Assembly: GCF_001194135.2 (NCBI RefSeq)
Contig: NC_068982.1
Location: forward strand, 128,712,906 to 128,776,905
Length of the DNA stretch: 64,000 bases
Direction of reading: 5' to 3'
From: Octopus bimaculoides
Lineage: Eukaryota
The first letter of the stretch is position 1. Every line of letters begins with the position of its first letter. A program made the position numbers and the translations under genes. The notes beneath the pieces are model-generated. The model was not told the DNA's origin. It saw nothing but the letters and a program-made list of their open reading frames with translations, and made no database searches. Of the stretch, positions 39,168-51,958 are shown piece after piece.

Positions 39168-39419
39168 CTGAAAAATTTATATAAAAGATCATGTTATAGT
39201 CTATAAATGAAACATGAAAATTTAAAATGATATATCAACAAATATTTTCTGGGAAAGATTTTAAAACTTTTCTTATAAACTTTTATCCTTGTTCAAAATG
39301 AATATGGTCTTTTGGTTGCATAAGGTGTTTTCTAGGAAATTTTATTGATTACAATCTTTTAAAATATATCAGTGATACATATCAAACATTTCTAACTAAA
39401 TATTCTATTCTTTACTACT

Positions 39420-39520
39420 CTAGGCACAAGGCCAGTTGATTAGATCGATCCAGTATGCAACTGGTACTTAATTTATCGACCCCTAAAGGATGAAAGGCAA
39501 AGTCGACCTCGGTGGAATAT
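39420..39520 (-). mobile_element. Second SINE-like family, partial copy
   Basis: ctggtacttaatttatcgacccctaaaggatgaaaggcaaagtcgacct. Confidence 0.6.
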
Positions 39521-39723
39521 CAACCCAGGGTTTGGGTTAAATTAGCAGAAGTTTGATTAATAAATAATAATGTAGATCTTTATGAAAGCAACTTTACAAA
39601 ACTGTAAAATATTCGTAGCTTTGGGCTTTCAGATCTAATCTTTTTATGATATTCTGATGCAACTGAAATTAAAATATATTTTTTAAAATTCTGACTTTAA
39701 GTGAAATTCTTTAAGTTACTTAC

Positions 39724-40029
39724 CAAATGGACTCTTTGCAAGAGTAGCATCTTTGGTCTCCAAAGGAGCACTCTCTCCAACTCTGTTTTCAGCAATAACT
39801 CGGAAATAATATTCAGTTTTCTCTTTTAGATATGGACAGCACAATTCAAAAGTGGATGCATTGACTTTGGAAACTTTGTTCCAGAACGTGCTTGATGCAG
39901 CACGTTTCTCAACAATGTAACCTGTTATGGGAGAGCCACCATCATCTGGTGAAGGCTTCCATTTAATACTAATGGAAGTACGCTGAACGTCAGTGACCAC
40001 CAGAGGTCCTTCCGGTTTAGCAGCAATAG
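39724..40029 (-). CDS. FN3 exon D30, class A
   Basis: IAAKPEGPLVVTDVQRT...LAKSPF; 306 bp. Confidence 0.9.
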
Positions 40030-40217
40030 CTGAAAAACAAAAATTAGGAATATGTAACATATTTCATACAAAGACAAATATATATATTTATCTATCTACA
40101 AAATGATTTTTAAATATAATTTTAAATGAGAATGTTACTTGAAATTAGAGTTAAAAAATATCTCCATAAATAGATTATATATAAAATATAAATGTATTCT
40201 AACAGATTGAAACTTAC

Positions 40218-40520
40218 TTGGGCCTTTCTTGGGTATCACAGGTTTTGGACTCACACATGGTTCACTCAATCCAATTTTGTTTTCAGCAATTGCTGAGAAG
40301 TAGTATTCAATGCCATCCTGGAGAGAAACTGCTTTACAGAATGTTTCATAGGGACCCACTTTTGTAACTTTACTCCAGTTGTCAGGTTTATTGACTGATT
40401 TCTGAATGATGTAGCCTGTAATAGGACTGCCACCATCATTCCTTGGTGGTTTCCATTCTAAAGAAGCATAGTCTTCTCCTACTTTAGTTGGAACTAAATC
40501 AATAGGAGGCTCTGGAGGTT
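40218..40520 (-). CDS. FN3 exon D29, class B
   Basis: PPEPPIDLVPTKVGEDY...IPKKGP; 303 bp. Confidence 0.9.
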
Positions 40521-40804
40521 CTAGAAATTAAAAAAATTTAAATAGTTAAATTTTCAAAAGCATATATTTTAGATAATAACCATATATTATTAGACATATT
40601 TGTGAAAATATATAAAATATAGAAGATGTGAAATAATTTTTAAAGTTATTCCATGAGAGAATTCAATAAATTTTATGAACAAAATTTTTATGCAGTATAA
40701 ATCATCACCATTTAACATCTACATACCATGCTAAAATCTGTTGATATAGCCTAAAAACTTAATTTTTTTAAAGAATTGTTATAAATGTTAAAACAAAATC
40801 TTAC

Positions 40805-41110
40805 TTAGATCTCTTGTTGGTTTTGTAATATCTGTAGCTTCCAAAGGAGCACTGCGGCCTTCTGCATTGACAGCAATGACTCGGAATAGATATTCAGTAT
40901 TTTCAAAGAGATCTTTTGCTGTGTATGTTGTGGTATGTGCATCAACTGATCCTGCTTTAGACCATGTGGTTCTGTCTAAAGTCTTGTATTCAATGATATA
41001 ATTAGTAATAGGTGTCCCGCCATCCTTTTCAGAAGGTTTCCATTCTAAGTCAGCACTATTAAATGTAACATTGCTGATATTTAATGGTCCTACTGGTGGA
41101 GATGGAACAT
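40805..41110 (-). CDS. FN3 exon D28, class C (absent from the ORF track)
   Basis: Manual translation VPSPPVGPLNISNVTFNSADL...KPTRDL; 306 bp. Confidence 0.88.
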
Positions 41111-41439
41111 CTGTAAATGAACAAAAGCATTACCAAGATTAATAGTAAGCAGTCATAACTAATTATGTTAGAAATAACAACAGAAACTATGTATAGCATA
41201 ACATCAATTACATACCCTATTAAGGTCATTTTATTTTACAATAAAATTTATCCAAAAATTCATTTTTGTATTAGCTTTTTAATAATTATGTGCGTATAAA
41301 TTATATTCCTTGAGAACTAGATGTTGGATATAAATTCTTTTTATTATATTAAGATAGTTTTTTTTCTTTTTTCTTTTACATCCATGGCCAGCTCTGCTTG
41401 AGCAGACTTATTGCACTTATCTTTTATCTTTTACTTGAT

Positions 41440-41629
41440 TCAGTTATTGGATCACAGCCATGCTGGAACATTGCCTTGAGGGGTCTAGTCAACAAAACAA
41501 CCCCAGTACTTAGTTTTAAGCCTGGTGTTTATTCTATTGATCTCTTTTGCCAAAACCACTAGACTAGGGGGTGTAAACAAATCAACACTGGTTGTTTAGC
41601 AGTGGTGGGGGACAAATACAAATACAAAG

Positions 41630-41630
<1 letters not shown>
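41440..41630. mobile_element. Dispersed repeat, third family
   Basis: gccatgctgg...tagtcaa...ttattctatt...aa(t/c)caacact(g/a)gttg shared with 55370-55545. Confidence 0.5.

Positions 41631-41685
<55 letters not shown>
41630..41685. repeat. (AC)n(AT)n microsatellite
   Basis: Read directly; a second (TA)n lies at 41799-41842. Confidence 0.95.
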
Positions 41686-41689
<4 letters not shown>

Positions 41690-41690
41690 T

Positions 41691-41788
41691 GGAGGCATGT
41701 AGCTTAGTGGTTTGGGTGTTGGACTCATGATCATAAGATTGCGGTTTCGATTCCTGGACCAGGCAATGCATTGTGTTCTTGAGCAAAA
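41691..41788 (+). mobile_element. tRNA-derived SINE head, same family as 20914, cut by a gap
   Basis: ggaggcatgtagcttagtgg...ggtttcgattcctggaccaggc...ttgtgttcttgagcaaa aligns by eye to 20914-21010. Confidence 0.75.
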
Positions 41789-41798
41789 NNNNNNNNNN

Positions 41799-41848
<50 letters not shown>

Positions 41849-42164
41849 GTTTCTTTCAGTTTCCATCTCCCAAATTCACTCACAAGGCTTTGGCCAGCCA
41901 AGGGATATAATAGAAAACTACTGCTGTAATAACCAGCACTGAAAACAGGTTTATCCTTCTTTTAAATATTTAGGTTCTTTAGTGAGTTTTTAAAGAAGTT
42001 CTCTTAATAATATAGTTACAGAAATTAATATATTTTCTTTAATAAAATTATAACAGATATTGTAATATCATTGAAGGACCAAAAAATATCTAGTTATTTT
42101 CATGGACAGCAAATATGTCAAAATGTAATTCTAAATTCATTGATCCAAAATTTATTTTACATAC

Positions 42165-42470
42165 CATAAGGACTCTTAGCAAGAGTTGTTCCTTCAGTTT
42201 CCAATGGAGGACTCTGTCCAATTTCATTTTCAGCAAAGACACGGAAATAATATTCAGTTTTCTCAATAAGGTTCTTGCAACAGAGTTCTGTAGTTGAAGC
42301 ACTGGTTCGATCAACTTTAGACCACTTGTTACGAGATGCTTCTTGTTTCTCAACCAAGTAACCAATGATTGGAGAACCACCATCATCCTTAGGTGCTTTC
42401 CATTTAATAGTAATTGAATTTCTTTGGACGTCAATGACAGAAATTGGACCAATTGGTATTGAAGGTGCAA
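42165..42470 (-). CDS. FN3 exon D27, class A
   Basis: APSIPIGPISVIDVQRN...LAKSPY; 306 bp. Confidence 0.9.
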
Positions 42471-42888
42471 CTGAAATATATTTAAAGAGGAAAGTTTAGT
42501 TTTAATTAAATGATAAATACTGCCCTCATGAAACATAAAACTCAGCTAATAAAGTAGCATAAAGATGACAGTAATTCTTGTGATTCTTTTTGCCTTTTGG
42601 GAAAGACTTCCATATTTAGAGGATAATTTTTCAGACAATTAATCTCACCTGTTGAGAATATATTAATATTTACATTAGGTTTTGATTTCTAATTATTATA
42701 AGGTACCTTATCTCAAATATATTTGCAAACTGGATTCAAACAAGGACACTTTATTTCTAAATCTTATGTGTTAACTTCTCAATCCACTAAGCACTTAGTG
42801 CATATATTAAGACACTGGAACATGTGACAGAGTGGCTAAGAATCTTTTGTTTGAATCAAAAGTTCTAGTTCAAGTTTCACTTGGAATG

Positions 42889-43022
42889 AATGTACATGTT
42901 TCGAAATAAGGCATCTTATGAAAATTGGAGTTTGAAACAATGTGAATATAATTCACACTCCCAAAAGTAACTCAATACTCTGGACAATTATCATCTGCAT
43001 AATAACTCATTTCAGAATATTA
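42889..43022. repeat. 134-bp direct repeat, copy 1
   Basis: Identical by eye to 43608-43741. Confidence 0.9.
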
Positions 43023-43250
43023 GATCTTTAAATAATCAATAGTTTATATTTTAAGTGAATATTTTAAATGGAGAATCATATCCTTTGTAGTGATTCTCAT
43101 ACAACTATGTGTAGCTTCAGATGTTTTATTATTTTTCAACAATATAATGGCCCAGTTAAAGTACAGTACCTCTCAGCCAAGCACTGATTAAATAAGCAGG
43201 ACACAAAAAGTTATTAAACAACGTTATTTATGAAACAAACAGTCTCTTAC

Positions 43251-43544
43251 GTAATTCTTTTTGAGGTTTAACAGGCTTAGTTTCACAGGGTTCACTTAAG
43301 CCAATCTTGTTTTCAGCAAAAACTGCAAAATAACACTTAGTATCATCTTTCAAGTCTTTAACTCTGCAAGAATTATCAAAAGCTTCAACAGTTGTCACTT
43401 TAGTCCATTTGTCATCTTCTTTCTTCTTGATGATATATTTGGTAACCTTAGAACCACCATCTCTCAATGGTGGTAACCATTCTAAGTCTACAAAGTTGGT
43501 TCCAATTTTCACAGGTTTCAAATTTGTAGGAGGTCCAGGTGGGG
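43251..43544 (-). CDS. FN3 exon D26, class B
   Basis: PPGPPTNLKPVKIGTNF...PQKEL; 294 bp (shortest full exon). Confidence 0.9.
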
Positions 43545-43607
43545 CTATATTTAAAAAAAGGAGAAAACAAAAATGTAAATAAAGATTTGAAAGTAACAGA
43601 ATTATTT

Positions 43608-43741
43608 AATGTACATGTTTCGAAATAAGGCATCTTATGAAAATTGGAGTTTGAAACAATGTGAATATAATTCACACTCCCAAAAGTAACTCAATACTCT
43701 GGACAATTATCATCTGCATAATAACTCATTTCAGAATATTA
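43608..43741. repeat. 134-bp direct repeat, copy 2
   Basis: Identical by eye to 42889-43022; the two copies bracket exon D26. Confidence 0.9.
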
Positions 43742-44274
43742 TGATAGAAGATCATTTATTACAAACTATGAAAATAAAATAATAATTCTAAAATGATGAC
43801 ATCCAAATGTGATTAAAATTTAGTAAGAGTTATGTATATAAGATAATTAACAATCTAAAATATTTTATAGGCTATTACTTAAATTTCTTACATTCAACCA
43901 TTACACTCTATACTATTATTTTATACTTTTAATTATTTTATATTGAGCACATGTATTATATGTATGAAAAATGATTTATTTTATGTACAAAATATAAAGT
44001 TTTTTCTGCTTAGTAATGATAATTTGTTCTAATTCTATTTTAAGTGTGAGTAGTTGAGCACTAGTTCCTGAAGATATAAAGTACAAATATTTTCACTGAG
44101 ATGAGTAACGAATGTATTTCAAACATTCTTACATATTATTTCAATTCTAGATTTGCATTCAAGAATCTATAGGAAGCTATTGGTGAATGAATTTTGTTGG
44201 TGTTGAGAAAACATTATTAAGATTCCCATGTATATTACAAAAATATAATGTTATTATAAGAATGAAGTACATAC

Positions 44275-44580
44275 ACAAATCTTTCACTGGTTTGGTTTCA
44301 TCAAGAGCAACAAGTGGCCTGCTGGTTCCTTCTGAGTTTATTGCACTGACTCGGAAAAGATACACAGTGCCATCGGTCAGATTTTGAGCTGTGAACTTTG
44401 TTATATCAGGAGCTACAACACCACATCTTGTCCACGATGGACGATCAGTTGAACTGACTTCAATAATATAACTAATGATGTCAGAACCACCGTCACTTTC
44501 AGGAGGTTTCCAAGAAAGGTCTGCTGAGTTGTGAGTGACATTATCAACAATAAGTGGGCCTCTTGGACTTGATGGAATAT
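44275..44580 (-). CDS. FN3 exon D25, class C (P[KR]GPL subtype)
   Basis: IPSSPRGPLIVDNVTHNSADL...KPVKDL; 306 bp. Confidence 0.88.
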
Positions 44581-44890
44581 CTAATGAACAGAAAAAAATT
44601 TTTAATTACATTCTCATTCATATGAAGTAGTTTTGCTTATTTTAGAGATAAAAAAAAATTTATTTTTATAAACAACAAATTAAAGTAGTAGATAATTATA
44701 CATTTAATTTCAAATGAAAGACATTACAGGAAAATACAAAGGTATAATGGATAGAAATATTGTTTTTGTTAAAAGCACTTAAAATTAAGAGAATATTATA
44801 TTCTATATTGGTGATTTGATAAACATCTATTGAAAATTACAAGTAAATGAGTAGCTTTGAAATTTAATTTATAATTCATTAATTTCATAC

Positions 44891-45196
44891 CATATTTGTG
44901 TTTAGCCAATGTAGCTTCAGAAGTTTCAAGAGGTTCACTTTGTCCAACTTCATTAATAGCAATTACTCTAAAATGATATTCTGTTTTTTCTTCAAGATCC
45001 TTCACACAGTACTGAGTGATGAAATCAGCAACTTTATCAACCTTCGACCATACCTTACTGGAAGCTTCTCGCTTCTCAATAAGATATCCTGTCAAAGGTG
45101 AACCACCATCTTCTTTTGGTGGCAACCATTTAATTGTAATGCTATTCCTTTGGACATCAACAACCACAATAGGACCTGTTGCTTTAAATGGAGCAG
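44891..45196 (-). CDS. FN3 exon D24, class A
   Basis: APFKATGPIVVVDVQRN...LAKHKY; 306 bp. Confidence 0.9.
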
Positions 45197-45473
45197 CTAG
45201 AAAATATAAAAGAAAGATTGATTTGTAATTAGAAATTAAATATCAAAATATATTGAAATATTAATCAATAAAATATAAATATAAAATGTATATGAAATCC
45301 AAATTTGATAATTTTAACATGTTTGAGTGATATTTAAGATTGCTCCCGCCCCACAAAAAAAAAACAACAAAAAAAAAACAAATACGATTGTTATTTCAAA
45401 AGAAATAAAATAGATATTTTCTAAATAAATAACATTAAATCAAATCAATCTTATTAAACAACTTATGACTTAC

Positions 45474-45776
45474 TAGCATCCTTTCGTGGGATGATGGGCT
45501 TTTGTGTTTCAGCAGCCTTTCCAATGCCAACTTTATTCTGAGCACTGACAGAGAAGTAATACTCCACACCCACTTTCAAATTAGGCACCTTACAAGAATT
45601 TTCATAGCCACTAACTGTTGTTACATCAGTCCAGCTTCCAGTTTTCTTTTCTTTCTTTTTGATAATATAATCAGTTATTTTGGAACCGCCATCACTTTCA
45701 GGTGGATTCCAACTTACTAAACAATAATCTTCTGTAAGTTTAGTATGTTTGAAGTTCTGTGGTGGTCCTGGAACAA
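45474..45776 (-). CDS. FN3 exon D23, class B (absent from the ORF track on the minus strand)
   Basis: Manual translation VPGPPQNFKHTKLTEDY...IPRKDA; 303 bp. Confidence 0.88.
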
Positions 45777-46044
45777 CTGAAATAAGAAGTCAAATATAAA
45801 TAAATGATGTATTTTTGCGTTTAATAAACTTTATCAAATAAAACTATTGTTGTTATTGAAAATCAGTATGACTTCACTAGAAAGAATTTTAAAACAACAA
45901 ATACTTTTATAGAAATAAGATAAACCCCGCATATATTTATTATTGAATATCTAGAAAACTTCATCCCCATTTGGTATAATAGTCAAGCATTCAGTAATTA
46001 TTAAGAATCTTTTTTTAATTGCAATGAATATAGCATTAACATAC

Positions 46045-47871
46045 CTGGTACTCTAGTTGGGATAGTAACATCAGTAGCTTCTAAACGTTGGCTTTGTCCT
46101 TCAGCATTGACAGCAATGACACCAAAGATATATTCAGTGCCTTCGGATAATCCAGAAACTGTAAAATCTTTTACTTTTTCACCAACTGTACCACACTTTG
46201 TCCAAGTGGATCTGGAAGCTACCTTGTGTTCAATTATGTATCCTGTTATTGGTGATCCACCATCATCTTTAGGTGCTTTCCAGTGAAGGTCAGCACTGTT
46301 ACGAGTGACATTATCTACATCAAGTGGGCCAATAGGAATAGAAGGTGGGTTGAAAGGACTTTTAGCAAGAGTGGCATCATTAGTCTCTAATGGTGGTCCT
46401 TTTCCAACTTTGTTTTCAGCTGTTACTCTGAAATAGTATTCAGTTTTTTCTGTAAGATTTCCAATCTTTAGTTGAGTTGTTAATTCATCAACTTTGCTAA
46501 CTTTAGTCCACTTGGAGCTTGAAGCTTCTCGTTTTTCTACAGTATAGCCAGTCACTGGAGAACCACCATCATCCTTTGGAGGTTCCCATTTAATGCTAAT
46601 TGAATTACGCTGAACATCTGTCACAGCAATTGGTCCAATGCATTTGCCTGGTACTGTTGCTGCCTTCTTTGGTATAACTGGTTTTGCTGTTTCTGCAATT
46701 TCACCTTGGCCAACTTTATTTTCAGCTGCAACAGCGAAATAGTACTCTGTGTTTTCCTTAAGATTTGGTATTTTATAAAATGAATCAAATTCTTTCAGGG
46801 TAACTACTTTTGTAAAATCACCTGTTTTCTTCTCTCGCTTGAATAGGATATAATTTGTAATTGGAGAGCCACCATCACTTTTAGGTGGATGCCATTCAAT
46901 TACAGCAAAATCTTCTCCAACCTTAGTTGGTTCAACTGATCTTGGAGGACCAGGAGGTGAGAGCTTTCTAGTTGGCTTAGTAATGTCTGTTGCTTCAAGT
47001 GGAGGGCTCTTCCCTTCAGCATTTATTGCAATAACACGGAACAAATATTCTGTATCTTCAATTAGCTTTTTAACTGTAAATTGAGTAGTTTTACCATCCA
47101 CAGTGCCAGCTTTTGACCAAGTGGATCTGCCGACAGTTTTTACTTCAATAAGATACTCAGTAATGCTAGAACCACCATCAGATTTTGGTGGTTTCCACTC
47201 AAGATCTGCAGTATTCATAGTTACATTTGTAACTTCTAGTGGTCCCAGAGGTGCTGATGGAACATCAAATGGGCTCTTAGCTAAAGTAGCTCCTTCTGTT
47301 TCTAGTGGCTCACTCTGACCAATTTTATTCACTGCAATTACTCTAAAATGATAGGATGTCTTCTCTCTCAAATTTGGACAGCAAAGCTGTGTAGTGTTTG
47401 AATCAACAGTCTCTACTTTGGACCAATAAGTCTTATTCTCTTCTCGCTTCTCAACAATATAACCTGTAATAGGTGAGCCTCCATCCTGAGTTGAAGGTTT
47501 CCATTTGATAGTTATAGAGTTACATTGAACATCAATAACTTCAATAGGTCCAACAGGTTTGGAAGGTGGAGTTGGTTCCTTTTTCAGAATAATAGGTTCT
47601 GCCATCTCACAGGGTATACTGATGCCAGCTTTATTCTTTGCAAAGACAGAGAAATAATATGGTACTTCTTCTTTCAGACGGTTAACTTTCAATGATGTGT
47701 CATAATCAGAAACAGTGCTTTCAATTTCCCAATCACCTTTCTTCTCTTTCTTTTTAATGATGTATTCTGTGATAGGAGATCCTCCATCAGACTTAGGAGG
47801 AGACCAATTCAAAACTACAAAGTTAGCACCAACTTTAGAAGGTTTGAGATCAATTGGTGGGCCAGGAGGAC
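46045..47871 (-). CDS. Six-domain intronless FN3 exon D17-D22 (B-A-C-B-A-C)
   Basis: 1,827 bp = 609 codons, open throughout (603-aa ORF in the track); acceptor ...cattgaaaag|GT CCT CCT GGC, donor CCA G|gtatgt. Confidence 0.92.
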
Positions 47872-48334
47872 CTTTTCAATGAAAAAAAAAAAGAGATTTT
47901 AAGTTTAATCGTCCATCTAATTAAAAAATATAACAGAAAAATACTCAACAATTTGTTAAACATTTACTACATTTAAAAAATTAAGCATAAAATATATGAA
48001 TTTAACAAGTACACATAAAGAAAATAGGATGTTTCCAGCGTTTTTATAACATGTCAAATATATTAGTGAGTATTGAATTGGGTATGTGAATATCTTGCAA
48101 TTTTAGTTTGATTACAAAATATGCTATGAAACAAAGACTAATGTGCAAGTTTTAATTACTTAGAATCACATTTTAATATAAAATATTTTGGTACAAATTA
48201 AAAAGAAAATTAAGTTATTTACAAAAGCAAAAGAAAGCCTCTTTTGCCAACAATATGGTATAAGTGGATGTATTAAAACAACTGTTGAAGATTTAACATC
48301 TAACAATAGGAAAAAAAGAAAATTTGTCCCTTAC

Positions 48335-48640
48335 TTATCTTCTTCCGAGGTATCGTGACATCTTTAGCTTCTAAAGGCTCACTGCGTCCTTCAGCATTTA
48401 CTGCAACAACTCGGAACAAATATTCAGTATTCTCAATTAGATCTGAAGCAGTATATTTTGTTACATCAGGGCCTACAGTACCACATTTGACCCATGTTTT
48501 GCTATCAGTTGGCCTAAATTCAATGATGTAATTGGTGATTGGAGTACCACCATCACTTTCAGATGGTTTCCATTCTAAATCAGCAGAATCATGTGTAACA
48601 TTGCTGATTTCCAAAGGTCCTTTTGGTTTAGAAGGAACGT
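48335..48640 (-). CDS. FN3 exon D16, class C (P[KR]GPL subtype)
   Basis: VPSKPKGPLEISNVTHDSADL...IPRKKI; 306 bp. Confidence 0.9.
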
Positions 48641-49137
48641 CTAAAAATGACAAACATAAACTATAATTAGTTACTTTATCAAAATAATATGATAAATTAA
48701 TCTTATGTATGAAAAGTTAAATAAAGAAATTCACAAAAGAAGTTTAAAATGTTACATCATTAAAGAAAATAGTTAAATGCTAAAAGTAAGGATTAAGACT
48801 TCCTAAACAGTAAGTAAAAATATTATATTAAACAATATTTTATGTTGTTTTGTATTTGGTTTGCAAGATTCTTGATATGAACTCATGTATTGAGACATGT
48901 ATCTCAAGAGGCTCAATATGCCATTAAGTGAAAAAGAATCGAAATGTTTATTACTAGCATACTAACCCTACCAAGATAAAACAGAATTTAACAAATATCA
49001 TTATATTTAAACTGTTTAGGTTTTAGATATCTAAGTTTTAAATATTTTATGTATTTTTTTATGTTAATAAACAAGTGATATTATTTTCATAATACAGTAC
49101 AGACAAAGGATTAACTTAACAAAAAAGATGCACATAC

Positions 49138-49443
49138 CAAATGGACTTCGAGCCAATGTAGCATCTTTGGTTACAAGTGGTTCACTCTTTCCAATTTTAT
49201 TAACAGCAAAAACTCGGAAATGATATTCAGTTTTCTCAGTCAGATACTTGCAACAAAGTGCAGTAGTAAACTGATCAACTTTTCCAGCTTTAGTCCAGAC
49301 TGTGCTTGAATTTTCTCGTTGTTCAATAATGTAACCAGTAATGGGAGAACCACCATTGTCTTCAGGTTCCTTCCATTTAATGCTAATAGAATCCCTTTGA
49401 ACGTCAGTGACTTCAATAGGGCCTTGACATTTTCCTGGTACAG
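49138..49443 (-). CDS. FN3 exon D15, class A (absent from the ORF track)
   Basis: Manual translation VPGKCQGPIEVTDVQRD...LARSPF; 306 bp; donor gtatgt. Confidence 0.88.
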
Positions 49444-49940
49444 CTAAAATGGAAAAGAAAATGATTTATGAAATTATGCAAATATTATCTCTTAATATCA
49501 TAGCAGTTATTACTTGAGTAAGTACAATTATTTGTTGCTTGAAGCTTCAGTTATGTTCACACTTTCCATGACACCAAATGCCAGCCTGTTATGATGAGTA
49601 TCAATATATTTTACTGAAGCTTTAATTTGAGTAATAGAGTAAGTTTAGAACTTGGAACACATGGCATAGAATTTGTGGCTTGTTTTGAATATAACCATAG
49701 ACATAATATTTTTGTATTATTTTTGTATTTATTTAACTAGTTGCAAAACTTTAGCTATTAAATTTATAACTGCTCTCACTAGCTCTTCATTTTCAATGTG
49801 CAAGAAAATCATTTACATCATCAGATGAAATTTATGGTTTTTATCTCCTCTTATTACTCATCTACAATATTGTTTGCAACTAATAATTGAAATTTTATGA
49901 TTTTATTTCAACCGATTAAAATAAATAAAATGCAACATAC

Positions 49941-50240
49941 TTGGTTCTCTTTGTGGCACAATTTTCTTGGTTTCTGCAGTTGGGCCAACACCGGCACTAT
50001 TTTCAGCACACACAGAGAAATAATGATCAACATTTTCCTTGAGACCTTTAATCTTGTATGTGAAATCAGTTTCCTTAAGAGATGCAACATCTTCCCAGTC
50101 ACCAGTAGAACGTATTTTCTTTTTCAAGTGATAACCTGTAACTTTAGATCCACCATCATCTTTTGGTGCTTTCCATTGCAGGGTGACAAAGTCTTGTCCG
50201 ATTTTGTCAGCATGGAAGTTAACAGGTGCACTGGGAGGTT
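49941..50240 (-). CDS. FN3 exon D14, class B
   Basis: PPSAPVNFHADKIGQDF...VPQREP; 300 bp. Confidence 0.9.
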
Positions 50241-50397
50241 CTATAAAACAGATAAAAGTACTATCATAAGCAAATGAATAACTATCCTAATGTAGAAGCT
50301 AAAATATCAATCAAAGAATTAACCATAAAAGATATTTTTTAAAAATGCTTTATATGAAATATCATTATGAATAAAATGAAAATAATTTGGATCTTAC

Positions 50398-50703
50398 GGA
50401 TTTTCTTTGTGGGTTTTGTAGTATCAGTTGCTTCTAAATAGGGGCCTTGACCTTCAGCATTCACTGCAGTGACACGGAAAAGATATTCTGTTCCTTCTAA
50501 AAGTTTAGTTGCTGTAAATGTCAATGTTTTGCCATCTACAGTACCACATTTTGACCATGAAGTTCTTGTTAGTGTTTTACTTTCAATGATATAGTTAATA
50601 ATGGGAGTGCCACCATCAGATTTAGGAACTTTCCATTCTAAGTCAGCAGTGCTTTCAGTGACGTTACTGATTTCCAGAGGACCAATTGGTGCAGATGGAA
50701 CAT
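50398..50703 (-). CDS. FN3 exon D13, class C
   Basis: VPSAPIGPLEISNVTESTADL...KPTKKI; 306 bp. Confidence 0.9.
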
Positions 50704-51083
50704 CTAAAGAATCAAGAATTATATTTGAATGAGACATATCAATCAAAAGAACCAATTTATTAAAAATTGATGTGAAAAGTTCCCTACAATATGTGAATAG
50801 ATATATACAACTAAACTACAAGAACAGTAAATGAGATGTTATTTATGAAGAGAATATATAAAAAGAATACAGAGAAATAGTCTCAGTGACCAGCCATTAA
50901 AAGTATGATAAAAGAATTAGATACAATTAACTATAAAAGAGAACTAAAACGTGTGGATTCAATTGTGAATATGCTAACAAATGTGATATATGTTTCAAAA
51001 ATATAACAAAATATAAGAAAAATACAATAAGGTATATAAGCTCTTCAATTTACACAATTGAACATAATAATAAAAATAATGTC

Positions 51084-51560
51084 TTGGTATAAAAGATGGT
51101 CTACAGCAAATATTTTGCTCAATACCAGACTTCCTTGTCAGTTGTTGACCATAACCAGTTGAGTATGTCCCTTAGTGGCTGATGATATGTGCATCTCTGA
51201 TCATGAGCAGAAGTAGTGGGGGAGCATCATAGCCATGTGTTGAGAGAAATTCTTTGGAGTTTGAAAAATATTTACCTCAGGAAAGATGGGTGTTTTGTTC
51301 AAATTCCCTAAACAACCTTTATTGAGGGACCTTTTGAGCAGGATGGGCTACTCAGCCTGAAGAAAATTCTAACTGGGCCCTACCTGCAAGGTCATCCACT
51401 GTTTATTTTGATGTGAGATCACCATGCTGCACAGATAATGTTGTGCTGGATGTGCCTGGTGTACCATTATCAGACAGGTAGTCATGATAGGTAGACTGGG
51501 TTTCGTATATTTTACCTCAGTGTCACTTTGATAGCATGCACTGTTCTCTCACATAACAAC
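51084..51560 (+). mobile_element. ~470-bp dispersed retroposon-like element with an (AAT)n tail, second copy
   Basis: Colinear with 35312-35795; AAT-rich tail continues to about 51636. Confidence 0.7.
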
Positions 51561-51958
51561 AATAATAATAATAATTATTATAATAATAATCATAATAATT
51601 ATAATAATAATCATAATAATAATAATAATAATAATATACTTTTTGATACTTGTAACCACATCTTCAAAGCTAGAACTTTTACTTTTTTTTAATATTTACA
51701 TTTTCACAATGTTTTGATTGGTCTGCTCTCTGGTGGTTACCAGGTGTCTAACTCCAGGGTGTATAAATAATATAAGAGGAGATACAAACCATGAATTATT
51801 TCTAACATCATAGTAATAATGTAGTGTATGTATCAGAATTTTGTGAGAGTGAGGTAAATAATACTTAACATAGCTAAAGCAGAAACTAGGAAATAAAATA
51901 AATATAATTTCTTTGCTTATGGTCTAAAATAATGAGATAAACAATTATAGTTATTTAC

